Source of the DNA: Calcarisporiella thermophila CBS 279.70
Lineage: Eukaryota; Fungi; Calcarisporiellomycota
Assembly (NCBI RefSeq): GCF_041956535.1
Contig: NW_027192221.1
Span: 150,397 to 201,413, forward strand
Reading direction: 5' to 3'
DNA length: 51,017 nt
Shown here: in pieces, positions 35,096 through 48,713 of the stretch
Layout: each line of letters begins with the position of its first letter
Position numbering within the stretch: position 1 is the first letter of the stretch
Notes under the pieces: generated by a model
Databases searched by the model: none
What the model saw: the letters and a program-made list of their open reading frames with translations, nothing else
Told to the model about the DNA's origin: nothing
Position numbers and translations under genes: made by a program

Positions 35096-36815
35096 CCTGG
35101 AGGAAGTATACCTTTCTACGTTGAGAATTCTCGCGGGAGGATATCGCCGATTGCAGCTCACTTCAACTCAAGTGAATCGAGTGGCAAATTGTATTAGAAA
35201 GAGTATCTAATAGAGTAATTGGTATATCGGTGAAGAAAGTGAAGGAGAGGAATGGGGGCCGACGATGCGGTGGGTGTGGTGAAGAATTACAGTGGCAGAT
35301 TGGGGGATGGAGAGGATTGAATGACCAAGAGCATAAAAATTATTTCGTTGTTATTAACATAATTAATTATCTTGTTGATCCTCAAATTATTTCTATCGAT
35401 CGCATATTTCTTTCACATTCTGCCAATAGGAATTTGACGACTACGTGTCTTGAATGTTTGCACCGTGCGAGATTAATGTTTTTCTCAGATGAGCTTTTCT
35501 TCCATGTAAAACAAAACGCCGTGCCCTTATGAGAGGAGTATAGGAAAGCCAACGGCCAAATAAGAAGGAGACTTGACAAATTGATGCTTCCGCCCACTTG
35601 CATATATGAGGTTAACACAGCCGAGCCAATAAGGGTCCTCCGAACATCTTCTTGGGCCATCAGGTGCCTTAGGGATATCCTCTCGCCTGGTGCCGGGTAA
35701 TTTGCATGTGCTCTCAGCTGAGCAGAGTTTTGTACCAGGCATCTTGTCATTGTGGTGATCCCGGTAGCCCTCGCATTCGGCCCGTTCCTAGAGGTAGGGC
35801 AATCTGGTGATATAAAGAGTGTTTTGGCTTATAGAAGAGTTACTCTCGCATGTATAATTACTTCCAATATTACGAAATACAAGCCATCGTATTTCAACCT
35901 CTTCTCAAGATCTGAGACGATGTCTCTGTGTGCTGAGAAAATCCATCCCTTTTTGCCTCAATGAAACAAAGGATTCAGCCACCGCGTCACATTGAATTCC
36001 AATAAGCCACGAATGTAAATTCAATAGATAAGCCACCCAAGGGTCGGATCTCAAGCCTAATTACCATTGATTCCCGAAGGAGCAGGAAGTCCGATGCTGG
36101 CAACACACCTAGTATGCCAAGCTATTGGGGAGAGTTGATGGGGATGAGAAAAAATGATCTGCCATTATCCCACGGCAACAACCCATTCCTTACGATCTAT
36201 TGAACATAGCAGCGCCATATTCATGTACTATCAGTACTTTTCAAGGAAGTTTTTTATTCAAGCGTTATGTTTGCATCGAATTGATCGACTCGATACAACT
36301 TGCCGATAGGAGGCAGCTAAAAGAAGTATTTGCGTGCAAGTTAAAGTATTCGAAGGAATTTCTTAAACAAAAAGAAATAAGAAAATATCTACTTAAAGAA
36401 ATATAAAGGAGAAAAATTGGCTGCTAGCAAGAAAACTTAGGGGGAAAATACGAAAAAAAAAATATTTTGAGCAAAAACACAAAATAATTCCAGATACCAA
36501 AAAAAAGAGATCATAACAACAGAAACAAGCACTTAAAAGAGGCCCGGGTACAAAAGAGACACGAAAAAGCAATAAAAAAAAAACTACTAGAAACATGTTA
36601 TAATTTTTAAAGAAATAAAGACAACAACAAAAGAGAGGAAATAGTCATATGCAAAAAAAGGAGGAATCAAATAATAAAGGTAGAGAAGGAAACGGAGCTC
36701 TTACAAATAAAAAATAAAAAATAAAAAGCCGCGACAAAAATAGATTTTTTTTTGCAGTATATATATAAATTCAAAATCAAAAGAGTGTCCACTTGTCGAA
36801 AGAAAATGATATTTT

Positions 36816-38669
36816 TTACTGGCAATGAATTCCCCTCCAGCTGACCCCATCGGCTTCCATGCGCTCCAAAAACCCATCTTTCCCATTTCCGCTGGGAGCA
36901 CTAGTCGGCAGATTGTATCCATCGTTCATATAGGTGGGATCCAAAGAGTCGAGCAACGAGGGTGGCAGATGAGCCACCGCATCAAGAGGGCCTTCGCCTA
37001 GCTCTTGTTGTTGAGATGGAGGCTGCGATTGTGACTGCGATTGTGGCGGATGCTGAAGCTGAAATTGGTGCATGCTGGTAGGATGGAGCGCGGCGGTTGT
37101 GGTGACAGGGGGGAAGGGATTCGCTCCCGCACCTCCAAGTGTTGAGAGTCCACCCGCCGCACTCACATTTCCAAAGGTTGCCGAGGTAGGGGTCGAAATC
37201 CCAGAGCCAACGCCAACTCCTATGTTGTGCGCAACCGTGCCCAAACCCATCTCTCCAGGTCCAAAGTTATTCACAGCCATGCCTCCATTGCCCATCATCA
37301 TCCCTAAGCTTGAGGCTAGACCACGAGCACCAGTTGGGGACATAAAGCCGGATCCAATGGAGGATGAACCAAAAGACGTAGCAGACCCACTCGAGGGATG
37401 TCGGCTCCCAAGAGTTGCACCCCCACCTGGGGCCGAAGCAGACTTATCCTGCTGTGAGCGACCCCAAGATAATCGAATTCGCGAGCCTCCTAGCAACGCA
37501 CTGTTCATTTGCGAAATGGCCATTTCCGCCGAGGCACGATGCACATACTGCACAAATCCACAGCCTTTACCCTGGGGGATCTTGACATAGGTAATTTCAC
37601 CGAACGGTGCGAACACCGCGCGCAGCTCGTCTTCGCGTACAGTGCTAGAAAGCCCCCCGACAAACACCGTGGTGTTAGTGGCGCTTTGATCGGCATTTCC
37701 AAACACAGTATTTGAAGACTGGGGTTGCTGAGACTGAGACGGATGCTGTGCGAGTGAAGGAGGCAGCTGCTGCGAGACATGATGGACCATAGGCTGTGAA
37801 AGAGCTGGGAATTGCTGCTGTTGCTGCTGTTGCTGCTGCAGAGGCGGCTGTTGATGGTGAAGAGGATGGCGTTGAAGCGGTGCCGTGGTGTCTGATTTTG
37901 ATTTGGGCAGAGCCATTGAAATGCGCATCGGGCGCTGCCCACAGAAAACTCCATGCATTTCTACGAGGGCACGGTTGCGCTCGGCCTCATCTGAAAAACG
38001 TACAAAACCATACCCGCGCGACTGATTAGTAATGGGATCAGTCATGATTTTGGCCGATTTACACGAGTGATAGCGGGTTTGGAACATGACCTTTGAATTA
38101 ATGAGAAAGTTAATAATAAATCTCGCGATGCTGGAGGATTAAGCTCAATCACTCACCAAAAGAACCTGATCCGTCACCATAGGGTCTAGATCACCAACAA
38201 AGATCGAGTATTCAGGAGGGCGCTCATCTTTGCGATCATTGAGTCCACCGCCAGTAGCCCAATTGAGCTTGAATGTTCGATCGGTCCCAGCAACAGGAAG
38301 CCCATTGTAGGACAACGCCTTTTGTGCAGCAACCGGATTGGAAAATTCAATGAAGCAGTATCCAGCTGGTTGACTAATTGAAAAATCAATGGAAAAATTG
38401 GGTCAAATCTTCATGATCTTGACAATTAATAAACAGAGATGGACCTACCCAGTAAAGCGATCCTTAATCATTTTCACGTTGACCTGCTCGCCAAGGCTAC
38501 TCCAGATTGAGCGGATGTAACTCTCATCCATCCATGGTGCAAGCTCACCCATATACAGAGTAGACTTAGGCGCGGTTTCTCGTGCAGTCTGCGTCGCGGG
38601 CTGAGGAGTTGAGGAAGGAATTCCGGGAGCTGAGGGTGGTGCAACAAAGGAATTTAAAGAGAATGACAT
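36816..38669 (-). CDS. NAM8: Nam8/Ngr1/Csx1-like three-RRM RNA-binding protein, 3 exons
   Basis: RRM1 LYMGELAPWMDE...GYCFIEF, RRM2 EYSIFVGDL...SRGYGFVRF and RRM3 NTTVFVGGL...KGCGFVQY...RIRLSWGR. There is a polyQ linker and a C-terminal DGVSWRGI motif. Confidence 0.88.
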
Positions 38670-39166
38670 GACAGGGTCACTCGTCCTACTTCAGTGAATG
38701 AGTCTAGACACTCTTTTCGTCTTGATTTTGCGGAGTGTTGCACACAAAGGGAGGATGTGCTGAAGTTGATAATTAAGAGGAAAGAAAAGGTCCTGCGAAT
38801 ATTTGTGCCTCAGAATGCTAAAGTTAAAGAATTTAACAAACCAGAAAAAAAAGAAAGAAAGAAAGAAATAAAGGGGGAGGAAATCCCTAAAAATATTGAG
38901 AGTAAATATAGGGGGATTGGATTGAAAAAATTGATCAAGAACCACCTTTCTGCACTAATGCTGATCAACAAAGAAAGAGAGGAGGAGGTGGTTGAGTTGG
39001 CGTGTAAGAAAATTTAGATGGCGCAGTATGCGACTGAGCTCACGTGCAACAAAAACCAATCACATTCTCTGCCCGATTCCGGTATATTTCTTACGCTCCT
39101 GTTAGTCACGAAGCAGTCACATACACGTTTGTCCAGCTCCGTTCTCGTTAATGCCCACTGGAACCC

Positions 39167-42100
39167 ATGACACTTCAATTGGAGTTTCAACGTCAGATAG
39201 TTACCGAGCTACTTGCAGAAGATGGATTGCTTATTCTTGCGCGTGGATTAGGACTACCCTCCATTTTGTGTGCATTATTACAGATTTATTCTGCACCCGA
39301 ACACTTGGTGCTGCTGCTGAACACTAACCAGGAGGAGGAGACTGCCCTTCGGGAGGAACTTGCTGTTAATGGAGTAAAACAACCTGGGCTGAGAGTTATC
39401 AACAATGAGACGCCAGCTTCGGAGCGGTAAGAAAAACTTCAGGTGAATAGCTGTTAAATGGTCGATTCTGATTTATTCGCTCCCTTCATTATTCATCAAA
39501 ATTAGGAGTGAAATCTATAAATCAGGCGGAATTCTATCTATCACGTCCCGAATTCTTATCGTAGATATGCTCAATAAAAGTATTCCTACACATATTGTTA
39601 GTGGCATTCTCGTGAATCACGCTGAACGGTACCAAAAGCCATATGATTCGAGACTCCACAAATTTCTAATCCATTCCTCTTGTATTACAAAGGGTGACGA
39701 CCACATCAACCGAAGCATTTATTCTCAGAGTTTTTCGAGAGGAAAACAAGGTGACACTTCAGTAACATCCCACGATGCTAATTTTGGCATGGGTCTTATA
39801 CTATTCTATCGTTTTCTATCATTAGGAGGGATTTATTAAAGCATTTTCGGATAACCCAGAGCAATTTGTAAGTGGATTTGCGCCACTGCAAAAAACATTA
39901 AAACTACTTCACCTTCGTAAAGTTTATCTTTGGCCTCGATTCCACCTCTTTATTACGGAGAACCTCGAAAAACGTAAAGCCGATGTGGTTGAGTTGCGCC
40001 AGCCGCTTTCGGATGCCATGCGTGACATCCAAAGTGCAACCATCGAGTGTATGGAGACTTGCCTCTCAGAACTTAAGCGGGCAAACCCAACAATTGATAT
40101 AGTCGATTTCAATGTGGAGAATGCTTTATTCAAGTCTTTCGATTCAATTGTGCGACAACAGCTTGATCCTATATGGCACAGAGTGTCGGTGCGCACTAAG
40201 CAGCTAGTGGGTGATTTAAAGACTCTGAGGCGACTGCTTACGTGAGTTGATTTATACGAGACTTTTGCTGCGTTTTGTATATTTATACCTCTCCCATTTT
40301 TACCACTGTTTCAGGCATCTTCTTAGTTATGATTGCGTCACATTTAACAGTCTCCTTGAAACTATTCTAGCAAGCAATATACCTTCGTCCACAGGTACAC
40401 GATGGAATCATTCCCCATGGCTACTCACCGATGCAGCCAACGTCATATTCTCAGTAAATTCGCCTCCTGCTTTATCTACCAGTTTTTGGGTTATTTACGT
40501 AGCTATATGTTTAGGAAGCCAAAAACCGTTTATACATCAAAGACCCAAGTATCAATGATTCGGACGGAAATTCTATAGAATTTCCTCCAGATATTATGCC
40601 GGTGCTTGAAGAACAGCCGAAATGGAAGCTGCTCTCAGATGTTATGGATGAGATAGAAGAGGACATCATTTCATTCGAAAATGAACCAAGTAAATCAGCC
40701 CATTACAAACCGGTATTTGAGAATGTCTGTTAAATTTATTATTTTTAGACGATATGACACCCAACACGGTGCTAATCATGGTTCAGGATGAGCGTACTTG
40801 CTTTCAAATTCAGGACTATCTATCTCAACGGCACAAGCGAAGAGCCGTTAGGGGCAGGGAACATCACCCTATGCTCCTCAAATATTTACGCCGCTACTTT
40901 AAGTGGAAGAAAGGAATAGTAAAAGTGCGCAAAAACCTATTTAATGCAGACACGCCGAACTCTTCTCATCCGACTGAAGATGCAAACGGAGTCAGGGGCT
41001 CCAGTGGCAAAAGAGGTGCGGGTCGTGGAGGAACAAGTGAACGTGGAGGGACTCCATTCAATAAGAGAAGAAGGGTTAGGGGAGGCAGTGTGGCTGCGTC
41101 CATGTCAAGGACAACGGGCAATATGGAAACTAGTTTTGACCAAGAAATTAGAGAAACCGCCGAATTGTAGGCTGACAAACAAACAAGTCCGGACGGTGAT
41201 GGCAGACTGACTGATATTTGCCTTTTCTTTTAGTATGAATAGTAATGACGATGATGCTAATTGCGATGATCCTCTTACACCTGACGATTTCGACGCATCG
41301 ATGTTTTCCGAGCACTACGGCCTCCTCCCACTCTCGTCCCTTGTTTTGGTTCGTCCGCACGCCGGGGACGCGGATGATCGTATGCTGCGTGAACTCCGGC
41401 CGCGGTTCATCGTCATGTATGATCCGGATCCTAGTTTTGTGCGTCGCGTCGAGGTGTATAGAGCGTCCCATTCGGGGCAGCCGGTAAGAGTTTATTTCAT
41501 GGTATATGACGGCAGTGTCGAAGAGCAGAGATACTTGAGTACCATTCGGCGTGAGAAAGATGCATTTGAAAGGCTGATACGCGAGAAATCAGTGAGTAAT
41601 TTCGAATATCCGACCGATACGGCAGAGTACTAAGACATCATTAACTCGTAGGTTATGGCCATACCTCTTGCTGATGAGAAAGCCACTGCACAAGACGATT
41701 TCCTTCGTATTGTTAGCACCCGCACTGCCGGGGGCCGGGCCGTTCGCACCGATCCTGGAAAAATCGTTGTTGATATGCGTGAATTCCGAAGCAGCCTCCC
41801 GTCTGTGCTTCATGCTCGGAAACTCCAAATCATTCCATGCACACTTCAAATTGGGGATTATGTGTTGAGTCCCACAGTGTGCGTGGAAAGAAAGAGTGTT
41901 ACTGATTTGGTGCAGAGTTTGAATAGCGGACGTCTCTATTCGCAATGTGAAGCTATGTGTGCATACTACAAGTGCTCGGTATTGCTAATCGAGTTTGACG
42001 AAGGCAAATCTTTCTCACTTCAGGTAAGTTAACTCTATTTCTCGATCTCTATGATTTGCCCCCCCTCCCCCCCCCCCTCCTCTCCTTCCCTGGGAACTGT

Positions 42101-42679
42101 TTGTTTTCCTAAGCTGAAGAGTTTTCTTAATTCGTGTGCATTTCCCTAGGCTTTGGGCGACATGAAATCGGACATTACACTCTCCGATATCCAATCCAAG
42201 CTTGCTCTGTTACTCATAGCTTTCCCACGCCTAAGGCTTATGTGGTCGTCTAGTGCACATGCTACCGCTGAGATGTTTGAAGACTTGAAGACCCTTGGAG
42301 ACGAGCCTGATGCTGTCAAAGCGGCTGGAGTAGGCGTAGTGGAGGGGGAGGAAATTGACAGCGAATGGAACTTAACCCCTATGGTATTTAAACTTTCTGT
42401 ATCTTAATTGCTTGCTGGCTAGCTTATTGTTCGTTTGTTCGTTTATTTGTTTGTTTGCTTATTAATCATTTTCGGGGATGGATGCTAATTCTGTTTCCAA
42501 TTTAGGATATGCTAAGAAGTATCCCAGGTATCACCTCCAAAAACTATAAACATGTCCTGCAGGTTGCGGGCAGCATGGCAGAGCTAGCTGAGATGTCCGT
42601 CGAGCAACTTAAAGGGGTGATCGGTGAGGTTGCTGCGAAAAAAGTATGGGGTTTCTTTAGGCAAGATGCAAAGGCATAA
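39167..42679 (+). CDS. RAD1: DNA repair endonuclease XPF/Rad1/Rad16 (ERCC4), multi-exon
   Basis: [74 protein letters not shown]...VERKSVTDL (ERKxxxD) and a C-terminal HhH (LRSIPGIT). Confidence 0.95.
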
Positions 42680-43139
42680 CCCTTTCCTTGTTTTGTAAGG
42701 ATGCATTGGGCTATCCGTCGATTAACTGCAGAAATGATGACGGAAGAGGATGAGAGTGGAAAAAATGTAACAGGATTTGAATTAAATTTGTAAACATAAT
42801 AAAAATAAAATAAAAATATAAAGTGATATAGAGTATGCAAAATAGAAGAGTTAAAAAGAGCGGAGGAAAAAAAAAAAAATAAGAACACGTTAGTAGAGGG
42901 CAAATGATCGTTCTTTGATAAAAAAGAGAAAAAGGAACAAACGAGAAAGAGGTAGAGGATAAACAGAAAATGTTGCCAAACGAAAACGACCAGGTATTAA
43001 GTAATAGGTGTAGAGGTGGTGATAACAATAATAAAATACTAATAACAACAGGAGAAAATTGTCCAAACAAAAAACTATGAAGAAACACATTATGAAGGGA
43101 AGTATATGGGAATGGTCACAGAAGCCTTTTTTAGTTCGA

Positions 43140-44576
43140 TCACCTACTAAGGGAGGACGCAAGTACCACCTCCGAGCTCATGCCTTCATTTTTCCCTTTT
43201 CTACATAGGTCCGCCTCGTCCATCCCATCAAAAAATACTTCCTCTTCTTCTTCGTCCTCTACCTCGTCCTCCTTGTTTTCAATGGCTTCGCCACTGGTAA
43301 ACTCTGCACCATCTCCAGTGTCCTTGGGAGCATTGTCTATCTGCTCTTCATCCTCCATCTCCTCGGGTAGTGTAGATGGAGGTGAGGGAGGAGCAGCCGA
43401 TGGAACCCTGACCATGGTCGGATACCGAAGGGCAAATATCTCACAATCCTGTTTTTGGAACCCGCGTGTGAAAAATCGATACAGACCTCCACCTCCGGCC
43501 TCCCCCTCAGTCCCATCCAGCATATCAGCCTCATCATCGCCCACTCGTGTGGTTGAGATGCCGAACCATGAAGCAGATGAGGCACGACGCGAATAGGATG
43601 GAGTCGGCTGGTTCACACATGTGTCGCTTGCCACACGTCGCGGTTCCCTATATCGTCGAACGGATCCTTGCCTCTGCTGTTGTGAGGGTTGCTGCAAATT
43701 CAGAGAGGAAACTGGCTGATGCCGCGCTGAAGATGGGGGAGGCGCAGAGAGTGGGAAAGATAAACGCCTTTTCAGATTGCTCACAAACCCTCCTGTACTA
43801 TTATTACGCTTCGCGTTCACTCCAGCGACCTGGGTATAGATCTCATGCTCCTCTCGTGCCCCCATTTTCTCCCTTCCGTTACCGTTTGTGCCCAGAAAGT
43901 AACCCGCCGCCATTCGCAGAAGTCTACTAACACGTCCTCCTTTCCGCTGCGATGGGCTCGCAACGCTATTGAGGGAGGCATTGGGTAGCAGAAGCGATGA
44001 TGAAGAGAACCCCACCCCCATTGCGCTGCCTCCACCAGTATCTCCCCTCGATGCCCCACGTACTCCAGACATGTTGCGTTGCGGTTGTATCAGCGCTGCA
44101 GTGCAAGCACGACCTGAGACATCAAGCGTGCACATCTGCACAACATCGGAATCGACCTCCACCACAGGACGTAGGCGACGCGCCTGAGCTTGAGTTTCGC
44201 GCCGTAGTTGCTCTTCCATTGCGACTAGTTTACGCTGCGATTCAACGTATTGAAGAACGCGTTCTTGCTTGGTCTCACGTGTGGCCGGCATCTAGCCCAG
44301 ACACGAGAATATGTATTAATAACAATCCAACAAAAACCGATCGAGAAACGAAGAGTTAATTACCACACGAAAATAAAGCTGCATATTGTCCTCTGTTGCC
44401 GGCAGATACCCCTCCTCTGCCTGTACTGAAATATGATTCATGGACGATGAAGGTGCTGGAGGATTTTTCTTTGAAGAGCCTAACACTGGCACAGAATAGC
44501 GTCGCAGAGTATGTGTGGCAATAGGGGAGTTTGGCGTGGTGGGAGCAAAAAGGCCACCCGTGTAGATGTCCACCAT
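43140..44576 (-). CDS. Hypothetical protein (~454 aa, 2 exons), low complexity with acidic C-terminus
   Basis: Exon 44576-44364 joins through a GTAATT..TAG phase-0 intron to the 44291-43140 ORF. It has a short coiled-coil-like segment, several RRxS motifs and an FALRYP motif. Confidence 0.65.
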
Positions 44577-44928
44577 GAGATCGTAAAGATGGACTACCCC
44601 AATAGAATCGGAAGTTGGAATGGGGAATGTACAAGGGAGAACAAATGACGTCCACTAGTTGATTTCCCAAAATCCTTGAAAATTTGGATAATCGTGCTGG
44701 CTTGTACAAGTCCTAGAGAAATCTCCTTCAGGCATGAATGGGATGGACCCTCATCCTCATTTACCCTTAAGGAGAAGATCAGAAGAAAAAAGTCGTTGGA
44801 ACAAAAAATAGAAAGAGACATCGTACTGACTGTAGGTTAAAGCGGAATATAAAAGTGTGAACACTGGCCAGTCACCAGCACCCAGAATATCCCCATATGC
44901 GATATTTATTAAATAAGAAGATATTAAT

Positions 44929-45732
44929 TTAAAACACACGTGCAAAAGCATCTTCATTCAAGTACCGAAGCGCACCAGCGTGACGCAAGATCCCCCTTAG
45001 TACATCCCGAACCGCCTCTGTCTGCATGCCACAGATACGCACAACGCAGCCGTGAGCCACTGGACTTGTTGACCACCACACGTCCTCTTTGCTTCCCCCC
45101 TCTCCAATCTCGATACTCCGGCCCCCGCCCACCACGAGAACCGTAGCATAGCAGCTCAAGTTCCCTCCGAACTTCTCGCCAGTCGCTTCATCCAGTACTA
45201 GAGAGTCGCGCACTATCAGCTCGCCCTTGTGATATACCTCATTCTTGCTTGCATATCGCCCGGCCCATTTCTCTCCACGCGACATTCGCCCGCTCGTGAC
45301 CCAGTCAACCATGATTAGCAAGCTCCCGTCGCCCTCCAACCTCACTCGCTGCACTTGCTGATAACTGGACTCGGCAAAGCATGTGACTGGGTCTGGTAAC
45401 AGTAGGAGAATGGCATCCTCTTCCACCCGAGCGTCTAGCTCTTGTTTGCTCTCTCCGCCATTCTTCTTGCGCCTCTTGAACACTTTTGTATTTCCTTGAG
45501 TCAGCATCACGATCCGTGTTCCCGCGCCAACTTCGATATTGAGCCTTATGGAATCTCCCGACACGAGGCCGCCTCCATATCCCAATGCGTAAATAAGGCT
45601 AGTCTTTGGATCGTAGGATTTAGGCGCGATGAGTTTAAGTGGATAGGCAGACGCGCAACGGGTGAGTAGGGCGTGGGTGTGATGTAATGTTGTGGTGATG
45701 TGTCCTTCACCTGGGGAAAGAGAATGTGTCAT
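44929..45732 (-). CDS. ureD: Urease accessory protein UreD (267 aa)
   Basis: YPLKLIAP, YGGGLVSGD, LTQGNTKVFK, LLPDPVTCF and DWVTSGRMSRGEKW. The first ATG is at 45732. Confidence 0.93.
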   Translation of the reverse strand: MTHSLSPGEGHITTTLHHTHALLTRCASAYPLKLIAPKSYDPKTSLIYALGYGGGLVSGDSIRLNIEVGAGTRIVMLTQGNTKVFKRRKKNGGESKQELDARVEEDAILLLLPDPVTCFAESSYQQVQRVRLEGDGSLLIMVDWVTSGRMSRGEKWAGRYASKNEVYHKGELIVRDSLVLDEATGEKFGGNLSCYATVLVVGGGRSIEIGEGGSKEDVWWSTSPVAHGCVVRICGMQTEAVRDVLRGILRHAGALRYLNEDAFARVF

Positions 45733-46064
45733 TGAAAGCAGCCTCCTCCCCGATCTTGACGAAAATTGAAAAGAAAGAATGAGTAGAAGAATTTCAGTCG
45801 TCTGAAATGTATTACTGAGAGTGATTAGATTGGAAAAAAGATAAGCAAAAAGCACTGAACATATGTGAAGAGAATCAAAACAGAAGAGGGAGAATACAAG
45901 GCAAATAAAACATAGTAATAATGAAATGGAAACAGGAAGGAATATTAGATACTATTTGTCAGTATTAGTATACGAGTAAAAAAAAAAAGGGGGAAGGAGG
46001 GGGAAATACCGAAAAATAAATAATAAAAAGATACTATCTACATGTTTGTATTGTCATGTCACTC

Positions 46065-47464
46065 TCATGGTCCTCCCCCCTTCATTAGGAGTTCTATCAC
46101 GCTTTGTTGTACTTTACGTGCTTTCTCCAGCTGCCGCTCTTTCTCCTCTACCATCCATAATAGTTTTTCTACCATTTGCGTCTTTTCCGACAGCTCATGC
46201 TCCTTTTCCTTCAGCAGGACTTTCAGTTCTTGCAGCTGCTCCTCATCCTGCCGAGCCGATAAAACTCGCCTCCCATCCATAATAGGAGTTGAGATTTTTT
46301 TCACGGCAACAAGATTTTCTTGCTCATTAATATCTAGATGCGTGACAGGGGGCAAGCAGAGGGGGGATGAGGGGGTCTCCTTTATGGAGGGAAGACTCTT
46401 GAATCGTTGTGTTCGAGCCAATTCACCCTCGCCTAATGCGGTCCGTTGACGACCGCCCCCTTGTATATTGCAACGCCAAGGATCGTCCGACCAGCGTCTT
46501 GCAAGATGCCGCGGAGTATTGTCCATGCTGGCAACTGCGGGCTGCTGGCAGAGAGCAGAATAGGTGTAGCGAGAGGGAGAATTCAGGCAGAGATTAGAGG
46601 GCGACCCCAGGGATCTGGGCCCATTCCCGAGCATATCCCCGTCTTCCTCATCCTCCTCGCCCTCCTCTTCTTCGCCGCCCAGATACTCCTCAATTTCAAT
46701 ATCTTCCCCTTCGCCCTCTTCCCTTACACGCTTCAACCGGGAAACACGCTTTTTCTGCCGAGGTGCCAGCAGCTTTAGAACTTGATCCTCGTTAGAAGAA
46801 CCATCCTCCTCAGCGTCGTCGTCGGCAGTACGAGCGGCAGAGGGGAGATAATATCGGTTTGGGACATCCATAAGATAGTCGAAAAATGCATCGACATGCA
46901 TGGACCTCATCCATTTCTAATTAGATGCACAGCAGAGTCTCTTATTAGCACACCATTTCAAACAGCCGCACTGTTATTAAAATTGGGGGGGGATGCATAG
47001 CAGCCCTAGCCAACTTAATATGGCACCCTTACCTTTAATCGTACGGCGTACTGCTGGATCTTTTGTGGACTCTGTTCATCCGTTCTTTCTACCCCCAACT
47101 CTATGGCTAGTCGGACCCAGCTTTTTATCTCGCCCTCGTGCATTCTCTGGCACAATCGGAACAGAGCCCATGGATGAAACTGCTTCCCATCACTCCGCGG
47201 CATGGCCAAGAAGCTCCGTCGTAATGCATCTGTGTTCGTTCCCACAGGGGAGCCCGTCACATGCAGAATAAAGTCGACATAGGCAGAGGTAAACGTTTGC
47301 TCGGTGACAGGCTTTTTGGGGAGGGGAGGTGGTGAAGGAGACGCCGACTTGACGGAGGCGGCTGAGTGGATGAGATTTTTTGAAAAGGAGGGAGACGGAA
47401 AATCAAACGGAAGGCTGTTGATAGAAGGAAGTCGGAAGTCGGACAGAGATTGATTGGTGGCCAT
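46065..47464 (-). CDS. ARS-binding protein 2 (Abp2)-like DNA-binding protein with C-terminal coiled coil, 2 exons
   Basis: Exons 47464-47033 and 46916-46065. The spliced sequence AYVDFIL...PRSDGKQF...IKSWVRLAIELGVE...QKIQQYAVRLK|KWMRSMHVDAFFDYL is the Abp2-family pattern. Confidence 0.85.
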
Positions 47465-48713
47465 ATTCTGTTCTATGCTATGTTCCTGCGTTAGTTACCG
47501 AGTGAGAATAATCTGCTCTTGATGGGCAAAATATTAATATGTCTGCTAGATTGGTCTCTTCAAATTAATTCATGCTCACCCAGTGGAAGTAGTGATTATG
47601 GTTTACAAGCAATAAGACCTGAAGCGAAGTGGCTAGAAAGCCCATAATATTGCAGTGCGGATCGTCAGAAGGATTATGTTTGATTTTGCTATTTATATAT
47701 TTTTATTTTTTTCAACTGAGAGAAAAGAAGACGGGCCATCTTTTTTTTGGATTGAGCTTTACTTCGACTGATATTAACTGGCCAAGGCTGAGCCACGGAT
47801 GCTTCAATCAAAAATGTTTTTAAAGTTCCACCAATTAGCCCACACAGATGAATATTAGGCCTATTGTTATATACTTTCAAAATGGAGGATTTTCCTTAAC
47901 AATGTGTTAGGATAAGGCTAAGCAACAGCGTCCCAATGTTAATTTGTTAGGCGTTTCTTATCGAAAACAAGCGCAAACAGGAGCCAAGTCGAGAATGACC
48001 AAAGATGAAACTTGCTTCTACCATGGATAAACGTTTATATTCTGAGACAGGTTATGCAAGGTCAGTGCCAGCATTAATACTCAGATTTTCCTTAAGGCCC
48101 CCCATCTCTTGCTTAATTCTTACGTGTCCTGTTCATTGCACTGCCACCCGTCGTCTGCCTTATCATATCTGCAGCTGTGCGTTCAAACTTCTCTTTCGTG
48201 GAATTGTTCAGCGCCAACCGCGCGGACCAGAGTGCTTGGCCCCGTATTCATCTACTTTAATTGAGATAGCCCAGGCCCCCCCTTTCTGAATAGAACAAGA
48301 GATGAAGGAGGAAGGCGTTGCTACACTCTTAAGCATCCCGCTCCCAAGTATATTCACATTCTCACACAAATAAGATGAAAAACTGATCGAGAAGCCTTAG
48401 GTTGCCCCGTGCATGCGCTTATTACCATGGCTTTCCATTTCTTAAGCCCCGTTAGCCTTGAAAGAGAGTATCCGACGATGTGTCGCATTTTGTCATCTGT
48501 CGGAGAAAATTAATTAACGAATGGTAAAGTTTCAGACTTTCATTGTTCTAGTAGATTAGGATTCTCGATCGAGTCACGAGACCGTGTAAAGTGGATTTGG
48601 GCTTTCACCACTTTTACTGGAGTCTCGATATATTTTTTTCCCAGCTACTAATCATTTCTACTCTCTACTTGGATTTTGCTCTTGGCGATCAAATTACATT
48701 TAAATATATTGCA

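Noticed and set aside
35382-36406. Short ORFs and an SRP-helix-like CCGAAGGAGCAG near 36074
   Set aside because: There are no recognisable protein motifs, and the 5' half of the SRP helix-8 pattern is missing.
42059-42460. Poly-C tract and (TTTG)n in RAD1 introns
   Set aside because: These are ordinary intronic simple repeats.
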